Below the pieces are notes generated by a model. That model was given only the letters and a program-made list of their open reading frames with translations, searched no databases and was not told the DNA's origin. Shown here piece after piece: positions 9,770-20,687 of a stretch of DNA of 64,000 nt. Source of the DNA: Pachysolen tannophilus NRRL Y-2460 (lineage: Eukaryota). Made by a program: the position numbers and the translations under genes. The stretch spans positions 760,954 to 824,953 of the forward strand of contig KV454014.1 of the NCBI GenBank assembly GCA_001661245.1, read 5' to 3'. The number at the start of each line of letters is the position of its first letter. The stretch's first letter is position 1.

Positions 9770-12700
9770 CTAAACATCTATATCACCGATTTTGTAATTT
9801 TCTGAGAGATCCTCTGCTAAAGAGCTCAAAGTTTTTAAAACCCCGTCGTATTTAGTAACTTCATCTTGATCATTTTTGTCTTTAAAAATTTGTAAAAGCT
9901 CATAATATAGTTCAGCTAATACTTGAATAATCATTTTCTTAGTCTTTAAATTTACATTTTTGGAATCTTTTAACAATAGGCACATTCTTTTTTTCCCCTT
10001 TTCCATAAAAGTTTTCAATCCATCATCAAAAGTAATTGACAGTATATAAAGGTGCTTGAAGATTTTGAAAACCTCTTGCAATCTAGTTTGATTTGTTTGA
10101 TTTAACTGCAAATTAAAAGACCTTATGAAAAGCAACTTTTTAGTTTCAGCAGGCAAACGACAGTAGAGAAGTAATGAACTATTCATGTCTAATAATCTGT
10201 TTACTAGAATTAAACTGGAATTCACCAACTTGAAAACTCTCTTGCTATTTTTTTCCTTCAATTGCTCGTAATATGTTTGATCATTCACTTGCAAGTTCAA
10301 AATACAAACTTCATAATTTTCAGAAATTGATAAGGATACATCTTTTGAAAATAAAGACAATAACTGATTTAATACATAAGTACGATTGTTCTCCAGCAGT
10401 ATCTTCTCGATAAAGTACGAAAATGATAGCAACGAAGAATTTATAAGTTTATTTGAAGATACTATTCCTCCAGCAGAGAATGTGACTCCTTTTAGAAACT
10501 CAAGTGCTAACTTTTCATAAAATTCATCTTTTTCAACACTAATCAAAATTTCTTTGAAGTAAATCTCAAACAAAAACCTATAATAGTCATTTAAGTCATT
10601 GAAATTCAACAGTTTCTGTGGTTGCTCCAATTTCGTATTAGAATTAGAGTTCAAATATTCATCATAATAATGCCAAAAGTTACAGAGGTCTAAAAATAAA
10701 CTCAAAGAATCTAATCTCAATCTATCTATGATGTCCAAATTCAATCTGACCAATTTTAATATTACAAACTTTTTCAAATTTTCATTAATCGATATTGTTT
10801 CTATATTGTTGCTAATGAATCTGATGGTTGACATTCTAACTTTACTTCCAACATCTCCTTGGTTGGTAACCGTGTAATCGTCCAACTGATTGACAAGCCT
10901 GATTAGTATTTCCACATTGAATGTCATGTTGTTATCTCTATGATTTCGAAAATACACAGATAAGCTATCAATTAAATTACTTCGGACATCACAATCGACC
11001 TGCTTGTAATCTTCAACGATACTCAAGAACATTTCGAGATTCGATAAAGACAACTCTTTTAAATGCCCGACTGAAAGCGAAGAGGCCAAGTTGTTGCCTG
11101 CTTTGATGTAGTAAACTAATTTTTCCAAGAAACTTTCCGTTATAAATTCCTTTTTCAAATTTTTGATAAACAAAATGAATTTATCAATTATTGCCGGATT
11201 ATTCAATCTTATTATATTGAAAATTGTATTATAAATATCTTCCGTCAACTGAAAATTAGGAAAAGTTTCCAACATCACGGAAACTATGTATATATATTCT
11301 TCACCTTTATACCAGCTATCTTTATGGAAATTAAACGTTTGATTTGAAACAATTTCAAGTATCTGATTGTAGTATTTATCGTTGTTCAAACTTAATGGTA
11401 ATATTTCTGATAAGGCATAAAAAAACCCGATCTTCAATTTGGTTTTATTGGATTTTAATAAATCATCAATAATTTCATCCACATTCTGATTTATTAATAA
11501 TTCTCTCAAAGTCTCACTCAGAATCTTTCTAATTTGGTAATCCCTGCTATATATCTTTACCAATAGAGCATCAGTAAATATTCCTTTGAAGTCTGTGCTT
11601 ATTTCTTGAGATATAGTAACACTCAGTTGAAAAGATTTGTTTAAATGACCCAATACAGTAAAATCCAACATTTCAATAATTTTCAATTTGAATTCATTTT
11701 TATTGATTTTCATTTGAAAATTTTCATAAATAAAATCACCATATCTCCCAATTAATTCTTGAATCACAGCACATGAGGCCCTTCGAATCATCAATTCTTT
11801 GTCATAACAACAAACGAGTAATAAATCTTTAAACAACTGCATATAATATTTATTGCGTCTATTATATTTTCTAACCATTGACCAGCTTATATAACAGGAT
11901 GCGTCTCTTACATTACTACCAATGCTATGAGTCAATCTATGTTGTTCAATAAACAAAGTCTTGTGCAAAATTGATATAATGATTGGAATTTGATTTTCCG
12001 GAATTATTTTCAAACGTAAAAACTCAGATAAAGTCAATAGTATTCCATGATACTTATCAATATTTATTAATTCACTATCTATCTGTAAATTTAAGTTTAT
12101 CTTATTAATTTTTTGTTCATCTTCAAAAATTAAATCCTCAATCTCTAATTCTTCATACAATAACATAAATATATCATTTTGAAATTCTTTTGGTAAATTT
12201 TTTGTAATTTTAGATAATTGTTTTGCAACACAATATCTAATATTTGTATCAGAAGAATCAATTAAAGAAACTAATGAATTTATTATTTCTTCTGTACGTT
12301 CAAGTTCATGTAAAAGTATAAAGCTGTTACAAATCTTGCCCAATCCTTTTACTATCAATTTTAAAACTTCATTATTATTTTCATTAGGGTTTTCTAATTG
12401 TCCATGAATCAAATTATAATGTTGTGGTAAAAAAATTTTCAAATCACTCAATCTGGCTATTTTCAATAAATTATTTAAAGTCATCAATAGACCAATTTGA
12501 TTAAATAAATCTAATGAAGATAAATCAAGTTCTTCTTCATAAAAATTATTTAAAAACTGTGTATTATCAGATCTCAGTAAAAACCTAGCCATCAATAAAC
12601 TTGCCAGATCCCTTTCTTTACCACTATATTTAAGATAATTTAAAGAAATCTTATAAACTTCTGTTGGAATATCCTTATCATAGCTAACCATCGACAACTT

Positions 12701-13132
12701 CCAAGGTGATAATATCAATACAGATAACCATAATATCAATAAAAACCTTTCTTGCCATGTTGTTTCTTTTTCATTTAATCGTCCAATTATCGGTGTTATT
12801 GTATATATATCACTTGATAAGCAATTACTTATTGTCTTTGTACCTCTAATTTTAGTAAACGCGTAAAATATTTCACCTATTATTTGAATTAACTTATCTT
12901 GTTTCTCATCATGAACCAATATCTCAGTATATCTTTCAGTTAATTGTTCAATAAACTTTCTTAAATCACCATCTAACAATTGAGGTGAAGGTTCAAATTG
13001 TTCAATATTTTTGATCAATTCTTTTAACAATATCGAATCATCACAATTAGTTAAAATCGCAGTCAAATCTTTTCTAATATTATTCAACAACACATCCTTA
13101 ACCTTGATGATACTAATTTCATCTGCTTCCAT
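9770..13132 (-). CDS. CIN1: Tubulin-folding cofactor D (TBCD/Cin1/Alp1), HEAT repeats
   Basis: FEPSPQLLD, KIRGTKTI, GSNVRDASCYISWS, YDKELMIRRAS, LDDYTVTNQGDVGSKVR; first ATG 13132. Confidence 0.92.
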   Translation of the reverse strand: MEADEISIIKVKDVLLNNIRKDLTAILTNCDDSILLKELIKNIEQFEPSPQLLDGDLRKFIEQLTERYTEILVHDEKQDKLIQIIGEIFYAFTKIRGTKTISNCLSSDIYTITPIIGRLNEKETTWQERFLLILWLSVLILSPWKLSMVSYDKDIPTEVYKISLNYLKYSGKERDLASLLMARFLLRSDNTQFLNNFYEEELDLSSLDLFNQIGLLMTLNNLLKIARLSDLKIFLPQHYNLIHGQLENPNENNNEVLKLIVKGLGKICNSFILLHELERTEEIINSLVSLIDSSDTNIRYCVAKQLSKITKNLPKEFQNDIFMLLYEELEIEDLIFEDEQKINKINLNLQIDSELINIDKYHGILLTLSEFLRLKIIPENQIPIIISILHKTLFIEQHRLTHSIGSNVRDASCYISWSMVRKYNRRNKYYMQLFKDLLLVCCYDKELMIRRASCAVIQELIGRYGDFIYENFQMKINKNEFKLKIIEMLDFTVLGHLNKSFQLSVTISQEISTDFKGIFTDALLVKIYSRDYQIRKILSETLRELLINQNVDEIIDDLLKSNKTKLKIGFFYALSEILPLSLNNDKYYNQILEIVSNQTFNFHKDSWYKGEEYIYIVSVMLETFPNFQLTEDIYNTIFNIIRLNNPAIIDKFILFIKNLKKEFITESFLEKLVYYIKAGNNLASSLSVGHLKELSLSNLEMFLSIVEDYKQVDCDVRSNLIDSLSVYFRNHRDNNMTFNVEILIRLVNQLDDYTVTNQGDVGSKVRMSTIRFISNNIETISINENLKKFVILKLVRLNLDIIDRLRLDSLSLFLDLCNFWHYYDEYLNSNSNTKLEQPQKLLNFNDLNDYYRFLFEIYFKEILISVEKDEFYEKLALEFLKGVTFSAGGIVSSNKLINSSLLSFSYFIEKILLENNRTYVLNQLLSLFSKDVSLSISENYEVCILNLQVNDQTYYEQLKEKNSKRVFKLVNSSLILVNRLLDMNSSLLLYCRLPAETKKLLFIRSFNLQLNQTNQTRLQEVFKIFKHLYILSITFDDGLKTFMEKGKKRMCLLLKDSKNVNLKTKKMIIQVLAELYYELLQIFKDKNDQDEVTKYDGVLKTLSSLAEDLSENYKIGDIDV

Positions 13133-13161
13133 AGCTAATGGTTGTTGCAAAGAAAGAAATA

Positions 13162-13195
<34 letters not shown>

Positions 13196-13352
13196 TGTTT
13201 TTTGTTTTGATTCGTATACATAAATAGTAAATATGTGAAATCGTTATTTTTTCTACTATATAAATAAAATGAAAACTGAAATTTATCACGATAATAATAT
13301 TAATATTAATATAAATTAATTGGAAAACGATAATTTTTTTTTTTTAGAGAAG

Positions 13353-14324
13353 ATGTCATGGATGTGGTCATCAACGGAATCTCAGGTTTCGGAACAACAA
13401 AATAAGTATCTTAAAATATCAGCTTCTAATAGTTATGATTCAAATACTTTTCAATTAGTTCCAATTAATACTGAAATTCCTGTTATAATTGATTCAAAGA
13501 TTGGAGAATTTAAACTTTATATTAGGATAAGAGATTTTGTTGGATCTAAGAAATTTTATAATAAATCCAATTCAAATTATAATTGTTCTTATTTTGATAA
13601 TGAAAATAGAAATCGTGCTAATATTTCTTTAGAAATTCATTTTAAACCAAAAATGGAGATTAATGGTAATGATTTAAATTTTGGTAATGATTTTGGTCAT
13701 CCTATAAGAGATTGTTTACCTTATGGTACTGCAGCTGGAATGAAACTTTTCAAATACCTTGATCCATCTGCTACAGCTGATATTTATAGTGATCAACCAT
13801 TTATTTATGGTAAAGCATTAAGTAGTTTTAATATTGTTAATGTGAAATTAGAGAAACAAGATTTTGGAAAACAAGATTTAAAACCAAAACCAATTCAAGA
13901 AAATTTATATAATATTAAGACATCAGATTTAGAAATTCCAAATGATAATATTAAAAGACAAAATTTTTTCACATCAAATAATAATTTACAAAATTTTACA
14001 TTTTTACCTGGTTATGAATATAAATTTGATTTTTTCAATAATTATATTACAATGAGAGATTCAAAATTTTCTCTTTCTTTACCAGGAGGTTTTAATTTAG
14101 ACCTTTCCAATTATTTACAAAACAATAGTGAAGTTGTTAAAAGTGTTAGATGGGTCATAAAGAAAAATGTCATGGATGGTATAGGTGTTAATTTTGGTGA
14201 TTTAGGACTCGTTATTCAATTTGAATTAGTTGATGACAATACCACTGAGTATGATGACAATATCGTTAAACAAGACTATATCACAAGAGAAGAATTAATT
14301 GTCCAACAAGAACTCACTGAATAA
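13353..14324 (+). CDS. DUF1769 (UPF0590) family protein
   Basis: YIRIRDF, FGNDFGHPIRDCLPYG, DPSATADIYSDQPFIYG, YKFDFFNNY; first ATG 13353. Confidence 0.8.
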   Translation: MSWMWSSTESQVSEQQNKYLKISASNSYDSNTFQLVPINTEIPVIIDSKIGEFKLYIRIRDFVGSKKFYNKSNSNYNCSYFDNENRNRANISLEIHFKPKMEINGNDLNFGNDFGHPIRDCLPYGTAAGMKLFKYLDPSATADIYSDQPFIYGKALSSFNIVNVKLEKQDFGKQDLKPKPIQENLYNIKTSDLEIPNDNIKRQNFFTSNNNLQNFTFLPGYEYKFDFFNNYITMRDSKFSLSLPGGFNLDLSNYLQNNSEVVKSVRWVIKKNVMDGIGVNFGDLGLVIQFELVDDNTTEYDDNIVKQDYITREELIVQQELTE

Positions 14325-15373
14325 TAAAAAATAAAACTTTGCACTGTTTTAAACATTTAGCTTTTTACGTGGGTTTCTTATATGTAATTGTAAACAGTAT
14401 AGTTAGTTGTATACTATTGATAGTGCAAACTAATAAGCAAAAAGTGAGTTAAAGTACATTATAAAAATGCAGTAGTACATTGGTAGTGCAAATATCTTTC
14501 AAAAAAATTAAAATGCAAACAGCCCCTGTGTTTTCGATTTTAAAAAATAAAAAAAAATAAAAATAAAAATAAAAATAGCGCCATCGGGGGCTATACTTAT
14601 ATAGAGGCTGTTTTTTGTTGTTTTTTTTTATTTCTTTTAAAAACCGCAGTTGTTTCTGCATATTCGTCGATTAAGCGGTGGGTGGCTATGCTCGGATTCC
14701 ACTAAAGTCTCCGGAAAAAAAAAAAAAGAAAGTATTAAAAAAAGAGGAATAAATAATTCGGATATAAATATCTTACCCCCGGTTAAAACTATCCAGTTAC
14801 AGCCCATCAAGCCCAAAATAGAGACATTTTTATATTATACCTTTAAAAACAATTTTCTATTCATGTGATCTCCGAGGCTTACTTTTTTTTTTTGTCTTTT
14901 TTTCGAGATTTTTTTTTACTAAAAAATGTTCCGATCAAATCCTTTTTTTCCTTAAGAGAGAGAGAGCGAGAAGAGAAAAAAAAATTAAAATAAAATTATT
15001 TTTAGAGATGATTGATGATCTCATTACAAAAAAAACAAAAAAAATTATGGAAAATGGAAAATGTTCAAAGAAAAGTGCTTAATATTTTATACTATATTTT
15101 TTTTTAACTATCAATCATTGTTTTAATAAATAAATAATACTAGTAAAAAATTAAGTTTTTAAAATAAAAAAATAAAATTTTTTTTTTTTTTAAAAATTTA
15201 AATTTTTTTTAATTTTTTTTTTCTTAAATACGTAGTGATTTATACTATTATTATTCTCTTTTTAATTTTTTTTTCTTTTTAAATTATAAATATATTTTAT
15301 TAATAATAATAAAACAGTTTATAGCGCTGTTGGTCGATCGTTTTCAAAATTGTTTTAAAATAACCTGGAGATA

Positions 15374-18300
15374 ATGTCGACGAAAAACCAGTGTTTTATC
15401 AGGTAAGTTTGAATACTTTTTTTTCTTATTTTATTTTTTATTTATTTGCTTTTCCATTTTTTTATTTTTATTTAATTTAATTTAATTTAATTTAAATTTA
15501 ATTGATTGATTGATTGTTTGTTTTTTGATGGCATTTTTGCTAACCGCGCTTAACATTACTTTAAAAAAAAAAATTTTTTTTTTTTTTAATTTTTATTNNN
15601 NNNNNNNNNNNNNNNNNNNNNNNNNNNNNNNNNNNNNNNNNNNNNNNNNNNNNNNNNNNNNNNNNNNNNNNNNNNNNNNNNNNNNNNNNNNNNNNNNNNN
15701 NNNNNNNNNNNNNNNNNNNNNNNNNNNNNNNNNNNNNNNNNNNNNNNNNNNNNNNNNNNNNNNNNNNNNNNNNNNNNNNNNNNNNNNNNNNNNNNNNNNN
15801 NNAAAATTTAATTTTTTTTTTAAATTTTATTTGTTTTTTAATATAATAATATAGTTGGCAATAATCCAAATTTAGCATTTTATAATTGGAGATTATTTGA
15901 TTCAAAAATATGTGATTTAACACATATTACTAATTCTGGAGTTACATCGGGTTATTCTCAATTTTATTCAACTGTTTTTGGGAATTCAAGGTTTTCAATT
16001 TCTCAAAGTTATCCTTCTTTTGAAGTTTATAATCTTAATCGTAGTAAAAATTTGGTTCTGCCAACTACAACAACGGTTACAGATGAAGAAGGATTAGATT
16101 CAAATTTACAATCTACAATTACAACAGTTCAACTGGGATCATCAAATGTTTCATTAGAAAGACAAGTGTCATTTGATTATATATTTTTATCTGCAACTTC
16201 TTTACAAGAAATTTCATCTTTATCTCAAGATATTAAGGCAGTTATTGAATCTTCAATTTCAATTACTGGGAAAATTCCAATTATAGTTATTGAATCAACA
16301 GATTATGTGAATCTTGAACCTTTTGTTAAAATGTCTTTACAAGTTGAAAATATTGAAGTTTTATCAATAATGTGTGATTTTGATATAAGAAAAATTTCAA
16401 CAGATGTTTATAAAATACTTGAAAGTAAAAAAGAAAGTGAATTAGTTTATATTGGTAAAAGTGGTAGAGAATCAAATTATTCACAACTGGAAATTTCAAA
16501 TATTTATAAATTAAGTTCATTATTAGAAACTTGTGGTCTTGATGTTTATAAACTTTCAAATCCTTTAGAATTTTTATCTTATCAATGGAAATTTGCTTTA
16601 CCTCAAATCTCTTTAGGTCCTTTATCAATCTTATTTGAAAAACCATTTCCAAGTCAATTACAAGATGAAATATTAGCTAAGCCTTTAATAAGTGGATTAA
16701 TCTTGGAAATCATTAGTGTTATTAAAACAATGGGTTGTAAATTATTTAAAAGTTATGATAATGAAACAGCATTATTGGAAAGATGTGTTCAACTTAGTCC
16801 CATTACACCTTTATCAGAAACTTTTATTGAAGCTCCAAAATTTTTTTATAATTTTTGTTGTCAAAATGATTTATATTTAGATTTATTATTATTACAACCA
16901 ATATTATTAGCTGATGATTTCCAAATTAAAACCCCTTATTTGGAATTCTTATACGCAATGTTAACTCAATATAATAAAAATAATTTCAGTTCTTTAGAAA
17001 ATGACACGTCGTTATTTTGGTTAAGGAAAAATTCTGAAAATATTAAAGCTTTGAAATTACAAGAAGCTAAATTATCAATTAAAAATGATTTAACAGAACA
17101 AGAATTAAAAAGAACTGAAGCTCAATTACAAAATATGAAATTCTCAAATTCGGAGAATGGTTACATTAACGGTAATGGTAATGGCAATGGCAATAGCAAT
17201 GGAATTGCAATCGCTAATGGAATCGCAAACGGAATCGCAAACGGAAATGGAAATGGAAACGGTAACGGTATTGCAAGACAAGATTATGAACAGCAACAAA
17301 GGTACATGAATCAACAACAGCAACAGCCACAGCAGCCGCAACAGCCGCAACAACAACAACAACAACAACAACTGGGAGCTCCACTAGCTGCTAACTATAC
17401 TGGTTCTTATCCTCAGCAACAACAAGTCTATGCAACTCCTCAATTGAATGATAATTTGGATGATCTTACTGATATCGCCGTATATGGTGCTCAATTGAAT
17501 GGGGAAATGAATTCTCCTGGAATGCAAAGCAATTCTCCTCAAAGAGCACAAACACAAAGGTCACCACATTTGCAGAATACGGTTTTTTCTCAACAACTGC
17601 AGCAGCAACAACAACAACAAAGGGGACCGGGACAACAAATGCCTAATAGCCAACCTCCTCTGCAATATCTGCAATATCCACAATATCCGCAATACCAACA
17701 ATATCCACCTCAGCAGCAACAACCACAACAATATCCAATGATGCTTCCACAGCAACAACAACAACCACAGCAACAACAACCAACTGGCGGATACCCACCT
17801 CAAGCTTTTCCACCTCAGAATAATATGAATTACAAGAATCCAAGAAGAATGACTTCAATGCCTATTCAACTGAATAATTATTCTTCTCATGATATCTTGA
17901 TGGATCAACAACAATTTGATCCTAATGCAGATATGAGATTTAGAGCTGCTCCAAGAAAACAACACAGAAAATCACTTATGGATACCACTAATTTTGGTGT
18001 TGATTTTGGTGGCGCAGGTGGAATGCCAGGATCAAATAGACCAATGGTTAACACCTCTCAACCTAGATTGAAACATCAATCAAGTTTTGGAATTCCACCT
18101 AACAATTCAATGAATTTTGGAGGTTCACAAAGAAGACCTCTGCAAAATTCAACTACCTCATTATATGGTATGAACGGTATGAGTGGTGCTTCAATAAGTA
18201 ATGGTGCGGCTCCAGGTGGTAATGATCCATATGGGCAGGCAGGTCTGTTGAGACAGCTGCTGGTTACCAATTCTCTGCAGCAGCAACAATCTTCTCAAGC

Positions 18301-18640
18301 AGAAATGTCTCAAACGGATGGCCAACAATCATCGCTTCACCCGCCAACTTCTAACGGTTATAATCCACAAGCAATTAATAACTTTAATAATGGCAAGAGT
18401 AATAGTCTTACTCCACCTGCATCACAAGCTAATAGCACAGCTCGTAACTCTCAATCTGAACAAAGTCAGGATGGATATGTCCAAAACGGTAATGCTAATA
18501 ACATTACTGTACTGTCGGAACAACTGCAAGCAAAGCCTCTTGGCGTCACTCCTCCAACTACATCCGAATCTAAAGATGATAAGAAAAAGAAAAAGAAAGG
18601 GGGTTTATTTAGTAGAAAGAAGAAGAAGGAAAAAAAATAG
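15374..18640 (+). CDS. SVL3: Svl3/Pam1 family protein, spliced: exon 1 15374-15402, intron 15403-15854, exon 2 15855-18640; one-base frame discrepancy in exon 1
   Basis: Donor GTAAGT 15403, branch TGCTAAC 15538-15544, acceptor TAG 15852-15854; exon 2 reads GNNPNLAFYNWRL in frame with the 16052 ORF; FDYIFLSATSLQEISSL, VNLEPFVK, LLQPILLADD, IKTPYLEFLY match Svl3. Confidence 0.85.
15598..15802. other. Assembly gap (N run) inside the SVL3 intron
   Basis: Run of N. Confidence 1.
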
Positions 18641-19375
18641 AATAGAAAATAGAAAAAAAAAAATAGTTCGTCTGTGTGTGCATGCATAAGTTTTTCTTTC
18701 ATATTTTTCCTTTCTTCCTTTTTTCCTTTTTTCCCTTTTGAGATTTTCGGAAAAATCTTTTATTGAAGTGAATTTAAGGATTCGATTATTTATTTTTACT
18801 TTTGATTTGGTTTTATTTTTTTATTTTATTTGTTTTTAAAAATGAAGATAATAAAGATTTTACAGAGTTGAGAATTTGTTTCAATTTTGCGCCATAGATT
18901 CTTTTTTTTTTGCTTGGTTTCCTTTGTTTTTGCTTTCTGGCTTTTTCATTTCCTTTTATTTTTTGTTAGGTTCATTACCAATAGGATATAAATGCTTTTA
19001 TTAGCAGCAAATTGTGTTTAGTTGCATATTCTTGTCTCAAAAATTATATTGAAAGAAAAATTACAAAAAAAAAAAAAACAGAGAACAGTTAAAAGGAAAG
19101 AGTTAAAAGGTCAAACCAAATCAATATCATTTCCATTCAATAACGTACTATTTTTTTTTTTATTATTATTTATAAATCCCTCCACATTTTCTTTTTTCTT
19201 TTTTTTTTCCTTTTTTCCTTTTTTCTATTTGGCTTTTATCTAATTCAATGACGTTGTTAAGGGAATTGTTGGATTATTCTAATGCTAAATTCGTATTTAT
19301 TACATATTCAGTTTAAAAAAAAATGTTTTGTAAACTTGATTAAAATATAGCGATATAGGTACTGTAGATATTTTT

Positions 19376-20440
19376 TTATAATACTTCAGTTCTATCGTAA
19401 TTAAAAATTTCTTCTTCAATGCTAATTGATTCATAAACGTTTTGAAATCCAGAAACTATATTACCAAAATAAGTATTAGGAACCACATGAGACAAATAAA
19501 TCATTACATTATCAACAGCTCCACCAGATTTAAAATCATCAACAGAAATTTTGAAAACAAAATCATCTTTATGAAAAATGTTTTTTAAAGCAGCTGGTGT
19601 ACTTTCCCTTTTCAAAAATTCAACCATACGATCTTTATATTGTGATAATAAATTAAAAGTTTCTCTTTGTGTTATCCTTGCGGCTTGTCCATATAACATT
19701 TGTGATTCTTTTGTGTACTGATATGTTTCATTTTCATTTATATATTTCCCCCATTGAGGACAATTATTACCTTCCGCTAAGCCTTCAGGTCCAAATGATA
19801 TGTCTCCATGTTTTAATTTATTTATATTAGGAGTATAAAGTAAAGGAATATGATATACAATAGTTCCTTGAGCTTTAAGTTCAATCCATTGATTTAAAAC
19901 ATTTTCTGCTAATAAAGGTTCTAATGGAAAGTATTTTTCAAAATTATTTAAAGATAAAATTTTACCATTTTTTTTAAAATTTTGTTGTCTTGTAGTACTA
20001 AATAAACCACCAACAAAAGTTTCTTTCATATATATTGAAGATTCTTTTTGTTTAAAACTTTTTCTTCTTGCTAATTTATAACAAACTTTTGATACATCAT
20101 CTGTTTCTTCAGATGGACAAAATTCTCTTTGCCATGGAATATAACTTTCATTATGATAATTTAATGAATTCAAAGGATATTCTTTTACTTTGTTACCATT
20201 TTCACAACTGATAAAGTGAACATCACTTGTAAAATTTTTTTTATTATTACTCAAGATAAACTGTTTCTCTAATCTAAATCCTGTATACCTTTCTCCAGTA
20301 CCTTCAGGATCACATAATCTTTCAACTGCTAATTCTTTTTGTTTATTGTTTTTATTAAGCTTAAACTTGAAGAAATTCGCTTCAACAAAAGCTGATAAAC
20401 ATAAAACCGCTACAACAGATTTCAAAAATAATCTCACCAT
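19376..20440 (-). CDS. Hypothetical secreted protein
   Basis: 354-aa ATG-initiated ORF; signal peptide MVRLFLKSVVAVLCLSAFVEA; family not recognised. Confidence 0.7.
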   Translation of the reverse strand: MVRLFLKSVVAVLCLSAFVEANFFKFKLNKNNKQKELAVERLCDPEGTGERYTGFRLEKQFILSNNKKNFTSDVHFISCENGNKVKEYPLNSLNYHNESYIPWQREFCPSEETDDVSKVCYKLARRKSFKQKESSIYMKETFVGGLFSTTRQQNFKKNGKILSLNNFEKYFPLEPLLAENVLNQWIELKAQGTIVYHIPLLYTPNINKLKHGDISFGPEGLAEGNNCPQWGKYINENETYQYTKESQMLYGQAARITQRETFNLLSQYKDRMVEFLKRESTPAALKNIFHKDDFVFKISVDDFKSGGAVDNVMIYLSHVVPNTYFGNIVSGFQNVYESISIEEEIFNYDRTEVL

Positions 20441-20687
20441 TATTCTTTCTTTTTTGAAGTTGAATCGAATTTAAACATTGGATCTATAATCTTTAAACAG
20501 ACTCATCGAATCTACTTATATTTTGATTTGGTGTGGCTCATGCACCTCATATGCATAAAGGTTTTATTTTTGTGGTCTCTTATAATTTACTTAACAACTA
20601 CATACATATAGTAAACTAATATTGAAAAATTTTATTATTGTACAGCAAGTATAGTGATACAAATTTCTTTACTTTTTTTTTTTTACT

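Noticed and set aside
15510..15923. Two ORFs containing X runs
   Set aside because: Artefacts of the N gap inside the SVL3 intron
17144..17858. Leu/Val-rich antisense ORFs
   Set aside because: Reverse complement of poly-Q coding sequence; the same shadow effect explains similar ORFs within RSC2, the zinc finger gene, SKT5 and RIM15
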